From the IMG/VR virus record IMGVR_UViG_3300024978_000122: a stretch of DNA of 64,000 bases. One strand, written 5' to 3'. Source of the DNA: a virus. Position numbers and translations under genes: made by a program. This document shows, one piece after another, positions 8,692 through 15,635 of the stretch. The notes under the pieces were generated by a model. It had not been told where the DNA came from. It searched no databases and was given only the letters and a program-made list of their open reading frames with translations. The first letter of the stretch is position 1, and every line of letters starts with the position of its first letter.

Positions 8692-9180
8692 ATGAAGAAA
8701 CCGCTTCTCGCGACGCTCGCCGCATTGATGGGCCTCCAGGCCGCACCCGCCCTGGCCGAGAACTACGAGGTGAACCTGACCCGCAAGGGCAGTAACGTTT
8801 ACAAGATTGACGGCAAGGACATCATCATCCAGACACGCTACTGCTACGTCTACGCCTACTCTGAGGAGGCGATCTTCAAGACGTCAGGCTACGGCGGCGA
8901 GGTGATTTTCTTCGACAGCAAGGACAAATGCGATGTGAAGGCGGTCTTTGGCGTGTCGAAGCAGAAGCCGGGGAAATACGTGGTGACAGTCAGCCATGAG
9001 GACGACGACTGGTATGAGGTTTTTGGAACCAGCTCGTACATCAAGACATCAAGCTGCCTGTCTCTTGCCCTTGGCGAGGAGGCTTACCTGACCATTGCGA
9101 ATTCCGGGTTCGGAAGACTGCGCTTCAAAGATGGCAACGACTGCATGGTCGAAGCCGTTTACACCAAGCTGCGGCTATGA
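8692..9180 (+). CDS. Secreted protein with two tandem beta-rich Cys-pair domains
   Basis: Signal peptide MKKPLLATLAALMGLQAAPALA. Internal duplication YEVNLTRKGSNVY..C..EEA..C versus YVVTVSHEDDDWY..C..EEA..C. Confidence 0.8.
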   Translation: MKKPLLATLAALMGLQAAPALAENYEVNLTRKGSNVYKIDGKDIIIQTRYCYVYAYSEEAIFKTSGYGGEVIFFDSKDKCDVKAVFGVSKQKPGKYVVTVSHEDDDWYEVFGTSSYIKTSSCLSLALGEEAYLTIANSGFGRLRFKDGNDCMVEAVYTKLRL

Positions 9181-9197
9181 GAGGGAGATGATGAACC

Positions 9198-10250
9198 GTG
9201 GCTGCTGCTGACGACAAACAAAAGGGAGGTGCCACAGGCTTCTCCGGTCTTTCGACACTCGTCTCCGATGTCGAAGACAACCGTCCTGCCAGCAAAACTG
9301 CGCCGGAAGTCGCCCCGCCGCCGAGCAACCCACCGCCTCCAGAACCTACGCCCACACGGGCCGAGGACGCCCCGGCTGCATCCACCGCACCTCAATCGCC
9401 CAACGGAAAAAGCGACAGTTCTTCCGATGTGACCACCGGCAAATGGATGGTCGGCATCGGGTTGGGAATCGGGCTTCTGCTCATCATCTTCGTCAACTCA
9501 AGCAAGAACGAGTCTACCCGCCCGGTTGCGGCTCCCGCCGCACAGACCCCGGTCGCTGCTGTCCCCGCCTATCAACCGCCACCTCCCCCGCCAGTCACGC
9601 CGAGGCAGCAGCCCACCCAAGAGGCGGTCATCCGGCGAAGCGCCGCCACGGAATCCGTGAACGTGCTCGGCCAGCAGGTTGTGTTCTCGAACCCAAGCGG
9701 CTACTGCACACCGGGCAAGTCGGCACGGGAAATCGAACTGATGGACATGGCACGGCGTTCCCTCGGAGAAGGTTCTCGCCTCGTGCATGCCGCAGTCCTT
9801 TGTTCAGAACTGAAGGACTACAGGCAGGGCCAGCGGGAAATGCTGGATCACTGGCTGCAAATCCAACTCATCGGGCCGAAGGGAAATTTCCAGCGAATCG
9901 AGGTACCGCGCGAGACGTTCCTGTCCGGCCTTTCCAAGTCGAGTCCGCGGGTGAATCCTGCCGAACTCAATCGACGGCTGAAGGCGTCGTTCGAGAACAG
10001 CGACATCAGCCTGTCCGACATGAAGTTTGAGCCGATTGGGCGGGACGGCAACGCGGTCTATTTTTCCATGCGAATGAACATGAGCATTGGGGAAACCAGC
10101 CGACCGATTTCCGGGATCAGCGGAATCACCCTTCTAAACTCTCTCCCTCTGTCGATCAACGTCTATGAAGGCACCGGCTCGCAGCAGAGCCGTGGCCAGT
10201 TGCAGGCCATCCAGCAGGAGTTGCTGAACAGCCTCCTCACCGAGAACTGA
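9198..10250 (+). CDS. Single-pass membrane protein, N-terminally paralogous to 4660..5970, with a different extracytoplasmic domain
   Basis: GFSGLSTLVSDV motif, Pro-rich linker, TM KWMVGIGLGIGLLLIIFV. Confidence 0.85.
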   Translation: MAAADDKQKGGATGFSGLSTLVSDVEDNRPASKTAPEVAPPPSNPPPPEPTPTRAEDAPAASTAPQSPNGKSDSSSDVTTGKWMVGIGLGIGLLLIIFVNSSKNESTRPVAAPAAQTPVAAVPAYQPPPPPPVTPRQQPTQEAVIRRSAATESVNVLGQQVVFSNPSGYCTPGKSAREIELMDMARRSLGEGSRLVHAAVLCSELKDYRQGQREMLDHWLQIQLIGPKGNFQRIEVPRETFLSGLSKSSPRVNPAELNRRLKASFENSDISLSDMKFEPIGRDGNAVYFSMRMNMSIGETSRPISGISGITLLNSLPLSINVYEGTGSQQSRGQLQAIQQELLNSLLTEN

Positions 10251-10903
10251 TGATGAACAGAGCAAGATCAACATTCGCCGCCCTGTACCTCTGCTTGCTG
10301 GCCGTGGTCGCCCTGCCAGTCGCCGCGCAGACGACGGGCCATACCAAGCTCAACGTCAAAGGCCGAGTGCAACTCGAAATCCCGAGCGACTGGACAATCA
10401 GCGATGCGGAACAGCGAAAGCGCGTCAAGGAGTTTGGAGAGAAGCTCGTCGGGATTCCAACTCAGCACACTGCCTCACTTGCGGCGCAGTCCTACCCCGC
10501 GCCGTCACGAACGATGGTCAGGGTGTCGTTCATCCCGATGGAGCCACCAATCACTCAGGCCGATGTGCGGCAGGAAGTCCAAGCGAACAAGCAGCAGGTG
10601 CTGAAGGACTTGGCTGATACCTGGCGGGAAGAGGCCCCGACGATGTGGGCGGGTTTGGCAAAGAACGGTGTGAAAGAAGTGGGCCGCGCCAGCGTTGCCG
10701 TCGAGCCACTTGGCGGCCAGCTCGCCCTGATTATTCGCTACGCGCGCACCTCGACTGCCAATCCGGCCGAGACCATGAGAGTGACCCAGTACCACGTGCC
10801 TCTGGGCGCTGAAAAGGCGCTGATCACGCTTTCGTACATTGAGAGCGATCCGCAAGCGACAGCAGCACACAACCGATTGAAGAACAGCATCGTGATCCGA
10901 TAA
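10250..10903 (+). CDS. Secreted/periplasmic protein, possibly PsbP/DcrB-like fold
   Basis: Signal peptide ending in AVVALPVAA. VQLEIPSDW, GGQLALIIRY and ALITLSY resemble the PsbP/DcrB pattern. Fold assignment is tentative. Confidence 0.6.
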   Translation: MMNRARSTFAALYLCLLAVVALPVAAQTTGHTKLNVKGRVQLEIPSDWTISDAEQRKRVKEFGEKLVGIPTQHTASLAAQSYPAPSRTMVRVSFIPMEPPITQADVRQEVQANKQQVLKDLADTWREEAPTMWAGLAKNGVKEVGRASVAVEPLGGQLALIIRYARTSTANPAETMRVTQYHVPLGAEKALITLSYIESDPQATAAHNRLKNSIVIR

Positions 10904-10921
10904 GAAGAGCAGGAACCGCCA

Positions 10922-11551
10922 ATGGCCTACGAAGATCCCAACGCACCGTCGCCCGCCTCCAACAACCAGGCCCAACAATCAACGTCGCCTGTTGATCAAA
11001 GCAAGAGCTTTCTTGGCGGGCAACATCACCCGTGGCGACGATTGTTCGCGCGCACGGTCGATATCTGCACGGCAGGATTCCTGCTGTTCCTGATCCTGAT
11101 ATTCGCTTTTAGCGCAACGATGCCCGAACAGGCGGCGGGCTTTGCAAAGGCAATAGAGAATCCGATTGTCGCCAGCGTCGTGCTGTATTTGATCTGGCTG
11201 CCTGCTGAGGCGGTGCTGCTGTCGTTGTTCGGGACGACTCCGGCCAAGTGGCTGTTCGGCATCAAGGTCGCGCACCCTGGAGGCGGCTTGCTGTCCTTTT
11301 CGGAGTCGCTGAACCGCTCGTTTCTGGTCTTTGTTCAGGGCGTCGGGTTCGGCATTCCATTCGTCGCACTGTTCACGCAGTTGTTCGCGTATCGGCGGCT
11401 GACGAAAACGGGCACGACGCTGTGGGATACATCGACAAGCGCGGAGGTGCTTCACAGAAAGTGGGGCGTGTTCCGCGCGCTCATGTGTACTGCCGCCGTG
11501 TTCGCCGTACTGATTCTGATGAGTGCCTTGAACGCGGCAGGCAATCGATAA
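10922..11551 (+). CDS. RDD family membrane protein
   Basis: HPWRRLFARTVD, GTTPAKWLFGIKV, RSFL and LWD..T.V motifs; multiple TM segments. Confidence 0.88.
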   Translation: MAYEDPNAPSPASNNQAQQSTSPVDQSKSFLGGQHHPWRRLFARTVDICTAGFLLFLILIFAFSATMPEQAAGFAKAIENPIVASVVLYLIWLPAEAVLLSLFGTTPAKWLFGIKVAHPGGGLLSFSESLNRSFLVFVQGVGFGIPFVALFTQLFAYRRLTKTGTTLWDTSTSAEVLHRKWGVFRALMCTAAVFAVLILMSALNAAGNR

Positions 11552-11569
11552 CGACAACAGGAGGAACCA

Positions 11570-11860
11570 ATGGCATACGAAGACCCCAACGCGCCGTCAC
11601 AGCCCCAGACGCGCGCGCCTGCCGCACCTGCAGCAGCACCAGCGGCCACACCCGAAAAGAAGTCCGGCTCATGGGACTGGCTGTGGCCGTCCATTGTTGC
11701 GGTCATCATCGTCAAGGTGTTCGGCCTCGTTGGCGGCCTGGTTACCTTTGGCTGCTACTACTGGCTCAAACCGAAGCTGGGAACGTGGGGCGCGGTTGCT
11801 GCCTCCGGCGTCATCGGCGTGGTGGTTGCCATCGGCCTCATGGCAATGATTCGTAGCTGA
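11570..11860 (+). CDS. Small 2-TM membrane protein sharing the N-terminal MAYEDPNAPS with the RDD protein
   Basis: GGAGGAA RBS, two hydrophobic segments, first 10 aa identical to those of 10922. Confidence 0.8.
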   Translation: MAYEDPNAPSQPQTRAPAAPAAAPAATPEKKSGSWDWLWPSIVAVIIVKVFGLVGGLVTFGCYYWLKPKLGTWGAVAASGVIGVVVAIGLMAMIRS

Positions 11861-11920
11861 TCCTTCCCGCTGCTCAGCGCACCGACTCGCTCGTAGCTGT
11901 TTCCCGCCACGCCACCGACT

Positions 11921-11935
11921 GACCGAGCCTCGGTC
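11921..11935. promoter_or_regulatory. Perfect 15-bp palindrome upstream of the RM operon, candidate operator
   Basis: GACCGAG-C-CTCGGTC about 75 bp upstream of the HTH gene at 12011. Function inferred only from position. Confidence 0.3.
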
Positions 11936-12010
11936 TGGCCGACGTCGCCCAAACGTGGGAGAATTGGCAGGATTTGGCAATCATATTTCAACGTCGGCAA
12001 GGGCAAGGCG

Positions 12011-12214
12011 ATGGCAGACGCAGAAGACGAAATCCTCACGCTGGATGAAGTCGCGGCCTACCTGAAGGCGGGCAAGCGCACGGTCTACCGGCTCGCGGCG
12101 GACAAGAAGATCCCGGCGTTCAAGCTCGGCGGCACTTGGCGGTTCCGCAAGGCCGATCTGGAGCAGTGGATTGCGCAGCAAACAACAGGCGGCCAACGCG
12201 AGGGGAACGCATGA
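12011..12214 (+). CDS. Excisionase-type HTH protein heading the RM operon (controller-like)
   Basis: EILTLDEVAAYLKAGKRTVYRLAADKKIPAFKLGGTWRF. Overlaps the hsdM start (ATGA). Confidence 0.88.
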   Translation: MADAEDEILTLDEVAAYLKAGKRTVYRLAADKKIPAFKLGGTWRFRKADLEQWIAQQTTGGQREGNA

Positions 12215-14604
12215 CAAAACACCAAGACCAAAGCCAGATCAAATGGGTCGCCGACTTCATCTGGAATATCGCCGACGACCGTCTGCGCGACGTCTATGTG
12301 CGCGGCAAATACCGCGACGTGATCCTGCCGTTCACCGTGCTGCGGCGGCTCGACGCCGTGCTGGAATCCACCAAGCAGGCGGTGCTGGAGCGAAAGCAGT
12401 TCCTTGACGCGCACAACGTGGCCGAGCAGGACGGCGCACTGCGCATGTCGGCGGGCCAAGCATTCTACAACGTCTCCGACTTCACGCTGGCCAAGCTGAA
12501 AGGAAGCAGCCAAGGGCAGCGCCTGCGCGACGACTTCATCGCCTACCTCGACGGTTTCTCGCCCAACGTGCAGGAAATCCTCACCAAGTTCAATTTCCGC
12601 AACCAAATCCAGAAGCTCGTGGATGCCCACGTCCTGGGCTACCTGATCGAGGACTTCCTTGATCCCGAGGTCAACCTCTCGCCGTTGCCCGTGAAGGACG
12701 CGGATGGTCGCGTCAAGCTGCCGCCACTGGACAACCACGGCATGGGCACCGTGTTCGAGGAGCTGATCCGCCGCTTCAACGAAGAGAACAACGAGGAAGC
12801 GGGCGAGCACTTCACGCCGCGCGACGTCGTCAAGCTCATGGCCAAGCTGCTGTTTCTGCCCGTGGCCGAGCGCATCCAGTCCGGCACCTATCTGCTCTAC
12901 GACGGTTCCTGCGGCACCGGCGGCATGTTGACCGTGGCCGAGGAAACCTTGCAAGAGCTGGCCGACGACCACGGCAAGGAAGTCTCCATCCACCTCTACG
13001 GGCAGGAAATCAGCGACGAAACCTACGCCATCTGCAAGGCCGACCTGCTGCTGAAGGGAGAAGGCGGCGCAGCGGAGAACATCGTCGGTGGCGCAGACAA
13101 ATCGACGCTATCCGCCGACCAGTTCCGCAGCCGCGAGTTCGACTTCATGATCTCCAACCCGCCCTACGGCAAGAGCTGGAAGACCGATCTGGAACGCATG
13201 GGCGGCAAGCAGGGATTCAACGACCCGCGCTTCATCGTCAGCCACGGCGACAACCCCGAACTGAAGCTCATCACCCGCTCCAGCGACGGCCAGCTCATGT
13301 TTCTCGTGAACAAGCTGTCCAAGATGAAGCTCAACGCGCCCGCCGACGGCGTGGGCAGCCGCATCGCCCTAGTCCACAACGGTTCGGCGCTGTTCACCGG
13401 CGACGCCGGACAAGGCGAAAGCAATATCCGCCGCTGGGTGCTGGAAAACGATTGGCTCGAAGCCATCATCGCCCTGCCACTCAACATCTTCTACAACACC
13501 GGCATCGCCACCTACATCTGGGTGCTGGCCAACCGCAAGGCCGCCGCGCGCCGTGGCAAGGTGCAGTTGATCGACGCCAGCCAATGGTTCCAGCCGCTGC
13601 GCCGCAATCTCGGCAAGAAGAACTGCGAGCTGGCGGAAGGCGACATCCAGCGCATCGTCGACCTCTACTTGGGCGAGGCGCAGGAAACCGCGCAGTCGAA
13701 ATGGTTCGACACCCAGGACTTTGGCTACTGGAAGATCACCGTCGAACGCCCCCTGCGCCTCAAGAGCCAGCTGAAGCCCGCCGCCATCGAAACCCTGCGC
13801 TTCGCGTCGGGTGACGAAGCCCTGCGCGCGGAGATTTACGCAACGCACGGCGACAAGCTCTACACCGACTTCGCCAAGCTGAAGCCTGAAATCGAGGCGT
13901 GGCTGAAAGGTGATGATAGCGGCGACGGTGATGATGCGGCGGACAGCAACGACGAGGATGGCGAGGACGGCGCACCCGCGAAGAAGGCAGTGCCGGAAAA
14001 GCGCCGCAAGAAGCTGCTCGACGCTGCCACATGGCAGCGCGACAAGGCGCTGCTCGATCTGGCGCTGTTGGCGCAGCAGGACTTGGGCGACGCCGTGTTC
14101 GACGACCACAACGTGTTCCGCGAACGGTTCGACGCGGCAATGAAAGCGCAGGGCCAGAAGCTCGGTGCTGCAGACAAGAAGGCCATCCTCAAGGCCGTGA
14201 GCTGGCGCGACGAAGCGGCCCCGCCGGTGATCGCCAAACGCAGCAAGCTGAAAAAGGGCGACTACTTTGAGCCTGGCTTCGACGGCGCGTATCTGCAAAC
14301 GGTGGGCAACGACCGCTTCATGGTGGAGTACGAACCAGACACCGACCTGCGCGACACCGAGCAGGTGCCTTTGACGGAGCCGGGGGGCATCGAGGCCTTC
14401 TTCCGGCGCGAGGTGCTGCCACACGCGAGCGATGCGTGGGTGGACGGCGAGAAGACGCAGATCGGCTACGAAATCTCCTTCGCCCGCTACTTCTACCAGC
14501 CCGCGCCCTTGCGTTCGCTCGCGGAAATCCGCGCCGACATCCTGAAACTGGAACAGCAGACCGAAGGCTTGCTGCACAAGATCGTGGGAGGCGTTCCGGC
14601 ATGA
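12211..14604 (+). CDS. hsdM: Type I RM methyltransferase subunit M
   Basis: FIWNIADDRLRD, AGEHFTPRDVV, SAM motif YDGSCGTGGML, catalytic NPPY, C-terminal IGYEISFARYFY. Confidence 0.97.
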   Translation: MTKHQDQSQIKWVADFIWNIADDRLRDVYVRGKYRDVILPFTVLRRLDAVLESTKQAVLERKQFLDAHNVAEQDGALRMSAGQAFYNVSDFTLAKLKGSSQGQRLRDDFIAYLDGFSPNVQEILTKFNFRNQIQKLVDAHVLGYLIEDFLDPEVNLSPLPVKDADGRVKLPPLDNHGMGTVFEELIRRFNEENNEEAGEHFTPRDVVKLMAKLLFLPVAERIQSGTYLLYDGSCGTGGMLTVAEETLQELADDHGKEVSIHLYGQEISDETYAICKADLLLKGEGGAAENIVGGADKSTLSADQFRSREFDFMISNPPYGKSWKTDLERMGGKQGFNDPRFIVSHGDNPELKLITRSSDGQLMFLVNKLSKMKLNAPADGVGSRIALVHNGSALFTGDAGQGESNIRRWVLENDWLEAIIALPLNIFYNTGIATYIWVLANRKAAARRGKVQLIDASQWFQPLRRNLGKKNCELAEGDIQRIVDLYLGEAQETAQSKWFDTQDFGYWKITVERPLRLKSQLKPAAIETLRFASGDEALRAEIYATHGDKLYTDFAKLKPEIEAWLKGDDSGDGDDAADSNDEDGEDGAPAKKAVPEKRRKKLLDAATWQRDKALLDLALLAQQDLGDAVFDDHNVFRERFDAAMKAQGQKLGAADKKAILKAVSWRDEAAPPVIAKRSKLKKGDYFEPGFDGAYLQTVGNDRFMVEYEPDTDLRDTEQVPLTEPGGIEAFFRREVLPHASDAWVDGEKTQIGYEISFARYFYQPAPLRSLAEIRADILKLEQQTEGLLHKIVGGVPA

Positions 14605-15635
14605 GCCAGCGCAACGAGCTTCTGGCGTCCATCGCCAACACGATCCAGGACTACCGGGGCGGCTCGCTCCCGCAGCCCATTCCCGACCATGTCGAGCGTT
14701 GGGTGCAGCAGTTCGACGCCGCCGTGCAGTTGCCCATCCTGCAAGAGATCGACCATGTCCTGAAGAAGATCTACTTCTCGAAGGAGGACGTGGCGAAGTT
14801 TCTCCGTGGCGCGATGCGCACCCAGAAACTCACCGGCGACAGACCCGACAAGTTCTGGCGATCCGCCAGCTTCCTCGACATCCAGGGCGGTGGCAGCAGC
14901 CAGACCGACATGCTCGCCCTGTTCTCCGAGCAGCTGGAGGAAGAGCATGGATTTGGCATCGACGACTGCGGGCAAGGCGACGAAGTCTTCATCTATCTGG
15001 ATGACGGCATCTTCACCGGCAACCGCGTGCGGCGCGACCTGGAGAATTGGATTCGTGATCACGCGCCCGCGCAGGCGAAGGTGCATGTGATCTGCATCGC
15101 CCAGCACAGTGGCGGGCAGTATTACGCAAGCGGCAAGATTCAAGACGCCATCAGAGCCTCGGGCAAGACCATTGGCATCACTTGGTGGCGTGCCATCGAG
15201 CTGGAGGACAGGCGGGCCTACAGCGCAACGGCGGACGTGTTGCGCCCGACGGCGATCCCGAACGATCCTGCGGTGCAAGCCCATGTGGCGGCCATGCGGT
15301 ACCCGCCCACGCTCAGAGCCGCTGGCAACCCCGGCGCTGCGGGTCTGTTCTCCAGCGACGCGGCCAAGATTCTGCTGGAGCAGGAGTTCCTGAAGGCCGG
15401 CGTCCACATCCGCCAGATTTGCCCCAACCTCGGTGACACCCAGCGCCCGCTGGGCCACATGACGTTGGAGACGCTGGGCTTCGGCTCGCTCATCGTCACT
15501 TACCGCAACTGCCCCAACAACGCGCCACTGGCGTTCTGGGTGGATGCACCGTGGTATCCGCTGTTCCCGCGCACCACGAATACGCAAACGGCAGTGCGCA
15601 GGATGTTTGCGAGTCTGACCGGAGACGATCTCTGA
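14601..15635 (+). CDS. Phosphoribosyltransferase-like protein (PRTase-CE type)
   Basis: PRPP-loop FIYLDDGIFTG at 14988-15020. C-terminal GFGSLIVTYRNCPNN.P.AFW..WYPLFPR. Coupled to hsdM (ATGA) and to the next gene (TGATG). Confidence 0.75.
   Translation: MSQRNELLASIANTIQDYRGGSLPQPIPDHVERWVQQFDAAVQLPILQEIDHVLKKIYFSKEDVAKFLRGAMRTQKLTGDRPDKFWRSASFLDIQGGGSSQTDMLALFSEQLEEEHGFGIDDCGQGDEVFIYLDDGIFTGNRVRRDLENWIRDHAPAQAKVHVICIAQHSGGQYYASGKIQDAIRASGKTIGITWWRAIELEDRRAYSATADVLRPTAIPNDPAVQAHVAAMRYPPTLRAAGNPGAAGLFSSDAAKILLEQEFLKAGVHIRQICPNLGDTQRPLGHMTLETLGFGSLIVTYRNCPNNAPLAFWVDAPWYPLFPRTTNTQTAVRRMFASLTGDDL

Noticed and set aside
11964-11980. TTGGCAGGATTTGGCA as a sigma54 promoter
   Set aside because: The GG-to-GC spacing is one base short of the strict -24/-12 geometry; it is kept only as a possible direct repeat.
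14601-15635. Gene upstream of NADAR as a DarT ADP-ribosyltransferase (known DarT1-NADAR system)
   Set aside because: It shows a PRPP-binding loop (YLDDGIFTG) and PRTase-type C-terminal motifs, not recognisable DarT motifs. An HMM check would confirm this.
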